A stretch of 64,000 bases of DNA from Planctomycetota bacterium (GCA_965222115.1 CBDCTJ010000007.1:1184001-1248000); one strand, 5' to 3'. Shown: positions 49,024 to 58,245, counted from the stretch's first letter. Translations and numbers: made by a program. Notes: a model not told the origin generated them from the sequence alone.

Positions 49024-50004
49024 CTAGGCGTCGGGCTCAAGCAATCCGTTCTCTTTCATCCAGTCGTCATTGTAAATCTTGCCGAGCGCTCGCTCACCGC
49101 GTTCGCAAAGCAGTACAACGACGTTTGTTTCGGCCGGGAGCGACGCGGCATATCGCAGCGCGCCCACCATGGCGGCGCCCGATGATCCGCCCGCCAAAAT
49201 GCCCTCTTCGCGCGCGAGTCGCCGCGCCATGCGGAACGATTCGCCGTCTTGCACCTGAACAACCTCGTCGAGCACATCGAAGTCGAGCGTGGACGGGAAG
49301 ATGTCTTCGCCAATGCCTTCGAGGTGATACATCCCGGCCTCAACCGTCGTCCCGTCTTTGAAAAAGTCGTAAAACAGCGAGCCCTTGGGATCTACGCCAA
49401 CGACTTTGATGCCTGGATTCTTAGTTTTCAGAAACGCGCCTGAGCCGCACACCGAGCCGCCAGTGCCCAGGCCGCCAACAAGCACGTCGACCTTGCCGCC
49501 TGTGGCGTCCCAAATCTCGGGGCCCGTCGTGTCGAAGTGAGCCTTTGGGTTGGCGGGATTGAAGAACTGATTGGCGAAGAAGCCCTTGGGCGTTTCTGCA
49601 GCAATCTTCTTTGCAACCGAATAAAATGAACGCGGATCGTCGGGCGGCACATCCGTGGGGCAAATGTGTACGTCGGCACCAAAGGCTTTGGCGAGGTTGA
49701 CCTTGTCGGCGCTCTGCTTGTCGGTGGTGACGACCACGCTCTTGTAGCCAAGTACCGATGCGACGAACGAAAGGCCCACGCCCATATTGCCCGACGTGGC
49801 CTCGACGATCGTGCTGCCGGGAACTAACTCGCCGCGCGTTTCGGCGTCTCGAATCACGCCCAATGCCGTGCGCTCTTTGACGGATCCCGCTGGATTGAAC
49901 GCTTCCAATTTGGCAATCACATTGCATGGGACATCAGCGCCGACGCGGCGTAGTCGAACGAGAGGAGTCTGGCCAACCAGCGAGAGCATGTCGTCGTGAA
50001 TCAT
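49024..50004 (-). CDS. cbs: Cystathionine beta-synthase (CysK/CBS family; no regulatory CBS domains)
   Basis: KLEAFNPAGSVKER, EATSGN.G, DKQS.DK, EGIGED and KIYNDDWM; TACGAT 6 nt before the ATG. Confidence 0.85.
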   Translation of the reverse strand: MIHDDMLSLVGQTPLVRLRRVGADVPCNVIAKLEAFNPAGSVKERTALGVIRDAETRGELVPGSTIVEATSGNMGVGLSFVASVLGYKSVVVTTDKQSADKVNLAKAFGADVHICPTDVPPDDPRSFYSVAKKIAAETPKGFFANQFFNPANPKAHFDTTGPEIWDATGGKVDVLVGGLGTGGSVCGSGAFLKTKNPGIKVVGVDPKGSLFYDFFKDGTTVEAGMYHLEGIGEDIFPSTLDFDVLDEVVQVQDGESFRMARRLAREEGILAGGSSGAAMVGALRYAASLPAETNVVVLLCERGERALGKIYNDDWMKENGLLEPDA

Positions 50005-50050
50005 GGCGGGATCGTATCGCGGGGGGGCCGCGGGCCTATAGTGGCGCCCC

Positions 50051-50830
50051 ATGCGCTCTACCGTGGTGGTGATTCCGTGCTTTAACGAGGCCGAACGACT
50101 GACGCCTGATGCGTTTGTCGCGGCCGTCGACGCCGATTCGAGCCTGCGCCTGCTCATGGTGGACGACGGCAGCACCGATGCTACTCGCAGCATCCTTCAA
50201 GGCCTCACTGAGCGGCACGACGGGCTATCGCTGCTTCCCTTGGATGAAAACGTTGGCAAAGCCGAGGCAGTGCGTCGTGGCATGCAGGCGGCCGTGGACA
50301 CCTTGCCAGAGTCCTCGGTGACGTTCGTGGGGTATTGGGACGCCGACCTTGCAACGCCCCTAGAGGACATTGCGCTCTTTCGCTCGCTGCTCACCGAAGA
50401 TTCGCGGCGCCTGTTGGCCATGGGCGCACGCGTGCAGCTCTTAGGGCGCCGCATTGAACGCAAGGCGCTTCGCCACTATTTGGGACGCATATTCGCCACC
50501 GTCGCAGCGCGCACACTTCGCATGCACGTCTACGACACGCAATGCGGCGCCAAGTTGTTTCGAAACGATGCGATCGTGCGCGAGATCATTGCCGAACCAT
50601 TTCTGAGCCGCTGGGTCTTCGATGTGGAGCTGCTTGCCAGATTGCGTGGGGCGTGCGCGAGTAGGAACACATCTGCGCCCCAGCGCATCGTCGAGGTGCC
50701 GCTACAGCGTTGGTTGGATGTGGCCGGCAGCAAGGTCCGCCCGCGCGACTTCGTGCGTGCCGTCGGCGAGCTTTGGCGAATCCGCTGGCGCTACGGCACG
50801 TCGTGTCGGAGGGCAGCCAAGTTCGATTGA
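50051..50830 (+). CDS. Family 2 glycosyltransferase (polyprenyl-phosphate glycosyltransferase-like)
   Basis: IPCFNEAERL, VDDGSTD, GKAEAVRRG, DADLATP, DTQCGAKLF and W.FDVE; TATAGT 8 nt before the ATG. Confidence 0.93.
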   Translation: MRSTVVVIPCFNEAERLTPDAFVAAVDADSSLRLLMVDDGSTDATRSILQGLTERHDGLSLLPLDENVGKAEAVRRGMQAAVDTLPESSVTFVGYWDADLATPLEDIALFRSLLTEDSRRLLAMGARVQLLGRRIERKALRHYLGRIFATVAARTLRMHVYDTQCGAKLFRNDAIVREIIAEPFLSRWVFDVELLARLRGACASRNTSAPQRIVEVPLQRWLDVAGSKVRPRDFVRAVGELWRIRWRYGTSCRRAAKFD

Positions 50831-50920
50831 CATTGAAAGCGCCCGAATTGCGGATTCTTGGTAGCACTCGGACTGCGACGCCGCTTACAACTTCGACGAG
50901 GCACCTACTTGGAGAACCGG

Positions 50921-52339
50921 ATGCGCTGCCGTCGTGTGATCGCAGGAGTTTTGTTCGTGATGCTGGTCGGTTGGGCCGGTCCGTGCACGTCGCCTGCCTT
51001 TGCCAAGGGGAAGTCGAAGAAGGACAAGCCCAAGGAGGTCAAGCTTCGCGCTAGTACGGAGGACGCAACGGTACGTCGCATCTTTCGTCCACGTGGCGTG
51101 AAATGCGAGCAGACGTTTTTGTGGGAAGGCGTGCTTCCCACGGTGTCCTTCAAGATTAAGCGTGTGCAGGTAACAATTGCGGACACTAACAAGAATGGGC
51201 GCTTCGACGATTTAGGGACGGATGCATGTCTCATAGACGATCTTATTGAAGCCGAGCCCCTTTGGTTTGAACTGACGGATCCACTCGAAGTCGATGGCAA
51301 TGTTGTGATGGTGACGTTTGACGATAAGGGCATTCCGACGCATGCCCGTGTCGCCAATCCGGCGCCGTTTCGGCGTCTTACGCGAGTATGGGATGACTAT
51401 GGCGAGTGGGCCGACAAGATGGGGTTTCATCGAGTTCCGATGAAGCATGCTGGCGAGACGAAACGCGCGAAAGCATGGCGCGGTCTATACAAGCGGTTTT
51501 GGCTAGACGACAAGATGATCAAGCGAGAGTCAGCGTTCTTGACCAAGACGTGGATCGAGCACAACCAGCTGCGCCGTCGCCACGGGCTGAAACCGCTGCT
51601 GCTAAACCCATACTTTGGGGCGGCGTATCGGGAAGCCGGCATCTATCTCCGCACTCGAACATCGTCCGATCGCTCGAGTTTCTGGACCCAGGACACGTCG
51701 TCGCCTGCGGCAAGCGGAGCAGGCCAGTGGGCGCTCTCCAATGCAATCACGGTGCCCGTCGTCGATCCCATGCCGTCCGCCATGGACCGCATTCGATCAC
51801 GCGAAACGGTGTTGTCACCCGCCCTGGATCAAGTTGCCTACACGACCGAGGGTGGGAAGTACGGCACGTCCATGCTCGTGGGCAGGCTTCCGGTGAGAGG
51901 AACCACAAAGGAGAAGCACGCCGCCCGACCCCTCTATGGCCCCATCGTTTCGCCCGCACCGGGAATGGTCCTCATCCACCGCCGCGCGTCTCACACCGAG
52001 GTAAACGGTTCGACGTGGGCAGGCAAGGGCACGCCGATCTCTGTGAGTCTATTGGGATCGGACGCGACCGCGTTCACGGCGGCAGGCAAGGCCGAGTGCA
52101 CTTCATTCACCGTTCGAGAACACAAATCCGGCAAGCATGTGGATTGCGTACTGGTGAAGCCTTACAAGCGACCCGGTGAATCACATTGGCATAACTCGTC
52201 GTTCTGGCTCGCACCCAAGAGTGTTCTCAAAAAGAAACGCGTGTATCACGTTCACTTTGTAGGACGTGTTCAGAAGACCGCGTCCGCCCCTTGGCACCCA
52301 ATTGAGCTTATGTGGCACTTTCAGACTTCCGGCAAATAG
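50921..52339 (+). CDS. Secreted hypothetical protein with a degenerate CAP-like domain
   Basis: Signal peptide (PAFA|K); HNQLRRRHGLKPL resembles a CAP N-terminal helix; beta-rich C-terminus. Confidence 0.7.
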   Translation: MRCRRVIAGVLFVMLVGWAGPCTSPAFAKGKSKKDKPKEVKLRASTEDATVRRIFRPRGVKCEQTFLWEGVLPTVSFKIKRVQVTIADTNKNGRFDDLGTDACLIDDLIEAEPLWFELTDPLEVDGNVVMVTFDDKGIPTHARVANPAPFRRLTRVWDDYGEWADKMGFHRVPMKHAGETKRAKAWRGLYKRFWLDDKMIKRESAFLTKTWIEHNQLRRRHGLKPLLLNPYFGAAYREAGIYLRTRTSSDRSSFWTQDTSSPAASGAGQWALSNAITVPVVDPMPSAMDRIRSRETVLSPALDQVAYTTEGGKYGTSMLVGRLPVRGTTKEKHAARPLYGPIVSPAPGMVLIHRRASHTEVNGSTWAGKGTPISVSLLGSDATAFTAAGKAECTSFTVREHKSGKHVDCVLVKPYKRPGESHWHNSSFWLAPKSVLKKKRVYHVHFVGRVQKTASAPWHPIELMWHFQTSGK

Positions 52340-52349
52340 GCACAGCTAC

Positions 52350-53375
52350 CTACTCGCGTGCCAGCGACACCAGCGAAAGCGGATCCTTCCCAAGCATGTT
52401 GGCCATGGTTTGCCGTATGGATTCCGTGTGGTGCTCCTGTAGATCAATGAGCGCTGCCGCGTCATAGCGGGTGCGTAGGTCGGCAAAGCGCAGCGCGGGC
52501 ATCACCGGTTGGTGGTGTTTCATGCAGGCATCGGCCAGTGCCGCGCAGCGCTCTTCCCATGTAAGTTCACGAAGATCTTGCATGCGTTCAAAATCGGCAA
52601 CGACCTCGGCGTCTAGTCCGGCATCCACGAGTTCGCGTGGCGACGCGCCCTTCGTGAAGTGTGAGATGCACGCAAACGCGTAGGCGTCAAATGACGATTC
52701 GTGCAAGTGGCGTGCGCCGGCTCGCTGGTGATCGACGTGCTCACCGAGCGCGCGCCCCACGTCGTGAAGTACGGTCGCAACCGCGGTGGCCTCGACATCT
52801 ACGGAAACGCCCGCCCCCGCAAGCGCTGCTGCGAATGATCGCGCGAGCGCCGCGCCGCCGCGCAAATGGGCAAGCAGGCGCGGTGTGACGTGGGGGAGCG
52901 AACTCACATGTCGCTCCGCGTCGGCTTGCGTGGTCCCGCGATTGCGATGAAGGGCGGGATCCTTGAAGAAACGCGCGGCTTGTCGCAAGACATTCGTGAG
53001 CGAAGGGTGGGTCAAGGCGTTGTGTGCGTCGTCGTAGGCAAGCCACGCATAGTCAACGTGTTCGCGAGAAAGTGTTACGTCGGCGGTGGAGGCCTCGGCG
53101 CAGAAATAGTGCATCGTCTTTTTGTAGGGACCGTGCTTTCCGAGCACGTCGTATCGAAGCACCGACTCAAACGCCGGTACGTGGACAACCTCGGTGAGCC
53201 CCGTCTCTTCCTCGGTCTCTCGAAACGCCCCCGCCAGGACAGACTCCCCTTCTTCCAGATGGCCCTTGGGAAATCCCATGTCGCCGCGCCGACGATTCCG
53301 CAGCAAGAGATAACGATGTCCGTCGCGTTCGACACGCGTGAGGATGAATCCGGCGGCGGTGCGTGCGTCGCTCAT
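52350..53375 (-). CDS. NUDIX hydrolase (Ap4A-hydrolase-like) fused to an HD-domain phosphohydrolase
   Basis: FPKGHLEEGE....AFRETEEETG NUDIX box and LSREH..YAW; C-terminal H...LHDVGR..H..G...H...LAD pattern. Confidence 0.85.
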   Translation of the reverse strand: MSDARTAAGFILTRVERDGHRYLLLRNRRRGDMGFPKGHLEEGESVLAGAFRETEEETGLTEVVHVPAFESVLRYDVLGKHGPYKKTMHYFCAEASTADVTLSREHVDYAWLAYDDAHNALTHPSLTNVLRQAARFFKDPALHRNRGTTQADAERHVSSLPHVTPRLLAHLRGGAALARSFAAALAGAGVSVDVEATAVATVLHDVGRALGEHVDHQRAGARHLHESSFDAYAFACISHFTKGASPRELVDAGLDAEVVADFERMQDLRELTWEERCAALADACMKHHQPVMPALRFADLRTRYDAAALIDLQEHHTESIRQTMANMLGKDPLSLVSLARE

Positions 53376-53460
53376 CCGGTCATTCAACCCCCACTTTGCG
53401 AATCGCCTTCAATGTTTGGTTGCGCCCGCGTTCCGGCGTCTAGGTGTGCCCGCCGTGCGG

Positions 53461-53466
53461 TAGGCT
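53461..53466 (+). promoter_or_regulatory. Putative -10 box (TAGGCT)
   Basis: 6 nt upstream of ATG 53473. Confidence 0.5.
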
Positions 53467-53472
53467 GCGCAC

Positions 53473-54375
53473 ATGTGTCCCACCAGCGTAGAGCAGCGAC
53501 TGCCACCCCCCGTGAGTATCGACGGCGAGGTCTTGGGGAATCGACAGTGCGCCCCCGTGACATGGATCATGCGCATTCACGCGCCCACGCTAGCGCCGCG
53601 TATTCGCGCCGGACAATTTGTCAATCTCGAGACGTCCAAGACGCACTACCCCATGCTCCGCCGCCCCATGTCGGTCCACAAAGTCATTCGCCACGGCGAC
53701 ACCGCCACAGGCTTTTGCATTCTCTATGACGTCGTGGGTCCCGGCACAACAGCGCTCAGTCAGATGAAGTCCGGATCACGCTTGGGCGTGGTGGGGCCGC
53801 TCGGCAACACGTTGTCTGTGCCCAAGTCGGCCAAGCGCGCGGTGCTTGTGGCGGGTGGGATTGGCGCAGGCCCCATCAAGTTGGTCGCAGAGACGCTGCG
53901 CGTGAATGGCATTCGCGATATCACCATTTGCTACGGCGCGCGAAATGCCGATCACTCGGTTCCCCCAGACGATTTGGCGCCCCAGGGGTGTCGCGTGTTG
54001 GTCTGTACGGACGATGGCTCGGTGGGCAAGAAGATGCGCGTCACGGGCTATGTCGAGGAGTTGCTGCGCACGGGGCGACTCAAGCAAGGCGACTACGTAT
54101 TCACCTGCGGGCCGATACCTATGTTTCAGGCGCTGCGAGAACTGCTGGCGCCGCATGGCATTGACGCCGAAGCCGCCACCGAAGAATTTATGGGTTGTGG
54201 ATTTGGGGTCTGCAATGGCTGCCCCCTCCTGCAACGACAGCCCGATGGACGCGTGGCCTACAAATTGTGTTGTGTCGATGGGTGCCTCTTTCCGCTGAGC
54301 ACGCTGCACTTCGAGGGCGAGGGTGTGCACGAAGGCGACGTGGTTGACATGACGACGGGCGGGTCGGTGCCGTGA
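53473..54375 (+). CDS. pyrK: Dihydroorotate dehydrogenase electron-transfer subunit
   Basis: GQFV, LRRPMS, GPLGN, AGGIG, TDDGS.G, CGP.PM and the MGCGFGVCNGC...C 2Fe-2S motif. Confidence 0.9.
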   Translation: MCPTSVEQRLPPPVSIDGEVLGNRQCAPVTWIMRIHAPTLAPRIRAGQFVNLETSKTHYPMLRRPMSVHKVIRHGDTATGFCILYDVVGPGTTALSQMKSGSRLGVVGPLGNTLSVPKSAKRAVLVAGGIGAGPIKLVAETLRVNGIRDITICYGARNADHSVPPDDLAPQGCRVLVCTDDGSVGKKMRVTGYVEELLRTGRLKQGDYVFTCGPIPMFQALRELLAPHGIDAEAATEEFMGCGFGVCNGCPLLQRQPDGRVAYKLCCVDGCLFPLSTLHFEGEGVHEGDVVDMTTGGSVP

Positions 54376-54920
54376 CATCGCGCACGCCCTTTGATGCCGT
54401 TGATGATCTGATGCGCGTTCTTAAACGCGTCAGCAAGCGTTCCATCAAATCGTTCAGCAAAGAATTGCTCGACGCCGAGCGTGTATTCGTGACTGGGCTC
54501 GGGCGCACCGGACTGATGGCGCGTGGATTCGCCATGCGTTTGATGCATGTGGGCATTCGCGTGTTTCACGTGGGCGACGTGATTACGCCGGCGATCGAGA
54601 AGGGCGACGTTCTCGTGATTTGCACGCGCACAGGCGGATCGAAAGTGCTGCGCCACTACATTGGCATCGCGCGCAAGGCCAAAGCGCGGGTCGTGGTCGT
54701 CACGGCTCGACCGGAATCGCCCGTTGCCGAGCGTGCCGACACCGTCCTGGCCATCAACGACTCGATTGGGAAGCAGCCACGGCGTCACCGTCCGCTACCC
54801 CTGGGTTCTCTTTTCGAGCAGGCGCTTTTGGTTGTACTCGATCTTGTGGTGCTCAACCTCATGGAGGCGCTTGACTTGTCGGAAGAGGACCTGCGCCGCA
54901 TTCACACTGCCTTTGAATAG
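54372..54920 (+). CDS. hxlB: 6-phospho-3-hexuloisomerase-like SIS domain protein
   Basis: G.GRTGL....FAMRLMHVG, TPAI..GD, PLGSLFEQ and C-terminal H..FE. Confidence 0.85.
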   Translation: MTSRTPFDAVDDLMRVLKRVSKRSIKSFSKELLDAERVFVTGLGRTGLMARGFAMRLMHVGIRVFHVGDVITPAIEKGDVLVICTRTGGSKVLRHYIGIARKAKARVVVVTARPESPVAERADTVLAINDSIGKQPRRHRPLPLGSLFEQALLVVLDLVVLNLMEALDLSEEDLRRIHTAFE

Positions 54921-54972
54921 TCATCGCCCTCGAACAGCCTCAGCCTTCCAATAGCACAGTGCCTTCGAATAG
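54909..54972 (+). repeat. Four degenerate tandem copies of the hxlB 3' end
   Basis: GCCTTTGAATAG 54909, GCCCTCGAACAG 54926, GCCTTCCAATAG 54943, GCCTTCGAATAG 54961 (periods 17, 17, 18). Confidence 0.72.
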
Positions 54973-55059
54973 CCCGGCCCGTTTGGCCGCCGTACACTCC
55001 CCGCGTTCTCGCCGCCGCGCCCACCGTGTTTGGGTGCTGGCCCCTACGCAGGAGTTCCC

Positions 55060-56241
55060 ATGGCCGACGCCGTTATCGTTTCCGCATGCCGCACGCCCAT
55101 TGGTCGATTCTCGGGTGGGCTGAAGTCATTTTCCGCCCCCCAACTGGGTGCCATCGCTATCAAAGAAGCGCTGTCGCGTGCAGGTGTAGACGGCAAGGAC
55201 GTAGACGAAGTCATCATGGGCACCGTGTTGCAGGCTGGGCTCGGGCAGAATCCCGCGCGACAGGCCGCGCTGGGTGCGGGTGTGCCGGTCGAAGTCGGAG
55301 CGTTTACCGTCAATAAGGTCTGCGGATCGGGTTTGAAGTCGGTCATGTTGGCGGCGCAGGCCATTCGCGCGGGCGATGTAGATATCGTTGTTGCGGGCGG
55401 ACAAGAGAGCATGACCAATGCGCCTTACCTCATCCCCAAGGCGCGCAGCGGTCTTCGTTTGGGTCACGGCAAACTGCTCGACGCCATGGTGCATGACGGT
55501 CTTTGGGAGGCCTACAACGACTTCCATATGGGCGAAACCGGCGAGCTGATTGCCGATCGCTGTGAAGTCACGCGCGAAGAGATGGATGCGCTCGCGGCCG
55601 AGAGTCATCACCGCGCCGCTAAGGCCATCGCGTCTGGCGCGTTCAAAAAGGAAATCGTGCCGATCGACGTCAAGGATCGCAAGGGCAATGTGACCACGAT
55701 TGCCGATGACGAAGGCGTGCGTGCCGACGTCACGGCCGATGGCCTTGGGAAGCTTCGCGCGGTCTTCCGCAAAGACGGTCGTGTAACGGCGGGGAATGCG
55801 AGTCAGATTTCGGACGGTGCGTCGGCGCTCGTGGTCATGAGTAAGAACGAAGCCGATCGACGCGGTCTCAAACCCATGGCCACGATCACCGGCTATGCCA
55901 CAGGCGGGGTGGAACCCAAATGGGTTATGTACGCGCCCGTCGTAGCGATCGAAAAGCTCGCAGAACGAACGGGGCAGGCAACCAAAGAATACGATTTGGT
56001 CGAGGTCAACGAGGCGTTTGCCAGTGCAGCGTGTGCAGTGAGCAAGGAGGTTGGCCTCGACGCCGCACGCACCAATGTGAACGGCGGCGCTGTAGCACTG
56101 GGCCATCCGATTGGTGCCACCGGTGCACGCATTCTCACCACGTTGCTCTATGCCATGGAAGCGCGCGACGAAAGGAAGGGCATGGCGTCGCTATGCCTGG
56201 GCGGTGGCAACGCCGTGGCGATGGCGGTGACACGCGGATAG
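55060..56241 (+). CDS. Acetyl-CoA C-acetyltransferase (thiolase)
   Basis: RTPIG.F.G, QNPARQA, NKVCGSG, NEAFA, GHPIGATG and LCLGGG; SD AGGAG. Confidence 0.96.
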   Translation: MADAVIVSACRTPIGRFSGGLKSFSAPQLGAIAIKEALSRAGVDGKDVDEVIMGTVLQAGLGQNPARQAALGAGVPVEVGAFTVNKVCGSGLKSVMLAAQAIRAGDVDIVVAGGQESMTNAPYLIPKARSGLRLGHGKLLDAMVHDGLWEAYNDFHMGETGELIADRCEVTREEMDALAAESHHRAAKAIASGAFKKEIVPIDVKDRKGNVTTIADDEGVRADVTADGLGKLRAVFRKDGRVTAGNASQISDGASALVVMSKNEADRRGLKPMATITGYATGGVEPKWVMYAPVVAIEKLAERTGQATKEYDLVEVNEAFASAACAVSKEVGLDAARTNVNGGAVALGHPIGATGARILTTLLYAMEARDERKGMASLCLGGGNAVAMAVTRG

Positions 56242-56288
56242 TTAACCGCCATTGATTTTGGCGCGAGACAGCTTGAAAGGGAATCGAT

Positions 56289-57137
56289 ATGGCATTCAAG
56301 AAAGTTGGCGTCGTGGGTGCGGGGCAAATGGGTGCGGGCATTGCGCAGGTCTTTGCCGCTTCGGGCACGCCTGTGCGGCTGCTTGACGCCAATGACGACG
56401 CGTTGGGTCGTGGGCTCGCCACCATCACCAAGAGCATCGGTAAGTTCGTCGCCAAAGAACGCATGTCGAAAGAAGACGGTGACGCGGCCTTGGCGCGTAT
56501 CGAAAAGACGTCCACACTGAGTGACTTGGCCGACTGCGATTTGGTCGTTGAAGCCATTGTCGAGGACGCCGAGATCAAGAAGCGCGTATTCGCCGATCTC
56601 GACAAGATCCTCGCGCCGGACGCGATTCTCGCCAGCAACACGTCGAGTATCTCAATCACCGAGTTGGCTGCAGCGACGGGCCGCGCCGAGAAGTTTATCG
56701 GTATGCACTTCATGAATCCCGTGCCGCTCATGAAGCTAATCGAGATTATTCGCGGCCTCGCCACGAGTGACGAGACCTTTGAAGCGGTAGAGGCCGCGAG
56801 CAAGGCGGTGGGGAAGATTCCCGTTGTAGCCAACGACTATCCGGGATTTGTGGCCAACCGCATTTTGATGCCCATGATCAACGAGGCCGTCACATGCGTC
56901 ATGGAGGGTGTGGCCGAACCCGAGAACGTCGATTCCATTATGAAGCTCGGCATGAATCACCCCATGGGTCCGCTCGCCCTTGCCGACTTGATTGGTCTCG
57001 ACACATGCCTCGCCATTATGAACGTGCTGCATAGCGATCTTGGCGACTCAAAGTACCGACCGTCGCCGCTGCTTCGAAAGATGGTTGCCGCCGGATTCCT
57101 GGGTCGCAAGACCGGCAGGGGTTTTTATACCTATTGA
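56289..57137 (+). CDS. hbd: 3-hydroxybutyryl-CoA dehydrogenase
   Basis: [37 protein letters not shown] and HPMGPL motifs. Confidence 0.95.
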   Translation: MAFKKVGVVGAGQMGAGIAQVFAASGTPVRLLDANDDALGRGLATITKSIGKFVAKERMSKEDGDAALARIEKTSTLSDLADCDLVVEAIVEDAEIKKRVFADLDKILAPDAILASNTSSISITELAAATGRAEKFIGMHFMNPVPLMKLIEIIRGLATSDETFEAVEAASKAVGKIPVVANDYPGFVANRILMPMINEAVTCVMEGVAEPENVDSIMKLGMNHPMGPLALADLIGLDTCLAIMNVLHSDLGDSKYRPSPLLRKMVAAGFLGRKTGRGFYTY

Positions 57138-57189
57138 TCGCGTTCGCCGATTGGAGACGCGGTGCGAGGCACATTGCACGGCCCGACGC

Positions 57190-58089
57190 CTACCGCTTGC
57201 GTTGAGCTTCTTGGCGTAGCCATTCACTGCGCCATGTAGACCGCGTGTGTTCCTTGAAAGTCGCGCCATTGTCATTCGTAAGTTTGACGGATCCGAACGC
57301 AAAGAACTGGGCGGCAACGACGAGGGCGACGGTTGTGGCGATCATGACAGCGCGTCGCGCTGTCTTGGGGACGCTTCGCCCGTGTAAGAACCCGAACAAG
57401 TACCCAAGTGCGAAACCCGCGCCATGCGCAACGTTGCCAATGTTTAGCGTGCCGGTCTGAGTTAGTACAACCATGATCAACGACCAAACGATGATCTCGT
57501 TGCGCATACGTTTGTTCATGAACGCCGTCGCGAATGGGTGTTTGCCTCTAAGCGCCCATAGAAAACCAATGAAGCCGAAGATTGCGCCGGAAAACCCCAC
57601 GCCCCATCCTACGAAGATCCACTGCGTTGCCGCTGCGCCAACGCCCGTCGTCAGGATAAGAATGGCAAGCGTGGTATGGCCCCAGATAACTTCCAAGACA
57701 CGGCCGAGTTGCCAGATCCATAAGCCATTGAGCAACAGGTGAAACCAACCGCCGTGCAGAAACACGGAGCCCACATGGCGCCAAAACTCGCCCGCCCAAA
57801 TTGCCTCACCTTGATAGAGACTGCGAAGCCACGCAGGACCTTTCGCCCAAGGTTGATTGCGATACACGAGATCCGTCGCCACGAACAGGCCAATGCAAAT
57901 CGCGAGCGACGTGATCGCGACGATGGGTCTCACGGGCGCGGCCTGCGTCCGTACTTTGGTCTGCATGCGCGTACGGCGCGCTTCCGCGCAGGACGGGCAA
58001 ACGAGGTCCGGCGGCAGGCCAAACATGTCGTCCGGTCGATTCATGCGGCCGCACGCGGAGCAGGGTCTGAGGGGCTTGCCCGTGTTCAT
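57190..58089 (-). CDS. Rhomboid intramembrane serine protease with an N-terminal zinc-ribbon
   Basis: GEFWR, FLHGGWFHLLLN, GFSG and AHGAG motifs; CxxC...CxxC at the N-terminus. Confidence 0.9.
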   Translation of the reverse strand: MNTGKPLRPCSACGRMNRPDDMFGLPPDLVCPSCAEARRTRMQTKVRTQAAPVRPIVAITSLAICIGLFVATDLVYRNQPWAKGPAWLRSLYQGEAIWAGEFWRHVGSVFLHGGWFHLLLNGLWIWQLGRVLEVIWGHTTLAILILTTGVGAAATQWIFVGWGVGFSGAIFGFIGFLWALRGKHPFATAFMNKRMRNEIIVWSLIMVVLTQTGTLNIGNVAHGAGFALGYLFGFLHGRSVPKTARRAVMIATTVALVVAAQFFAFGSVKLTNDNGATFKEHTRSTWRSEWLRQEAQRKR

Positions 58090-58245
58090 TCATGAGGACA
58101 TACCACGCCGCCCAGCAACGGGTTACGTCTGTGCCAGAACCAACCCTCCCGGCGGCGTACCTTGACGGCCCAACGTGGGTGGACCGGACTATCCTGTAGG
58201 CCTCTACGGATGTGTGGGCTAGCCCGGGCCAGGAGCGTTTTTGAC

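Noticed and set aside
55126-56106. Long antisense and alternate-frame ORFs (also 17811..18656, 20282..21007, 52866..53729 and 62010..62753)
   Set aside because: These are shadows of well-supported genes, expected in high-GC DNA, and carry no motifs
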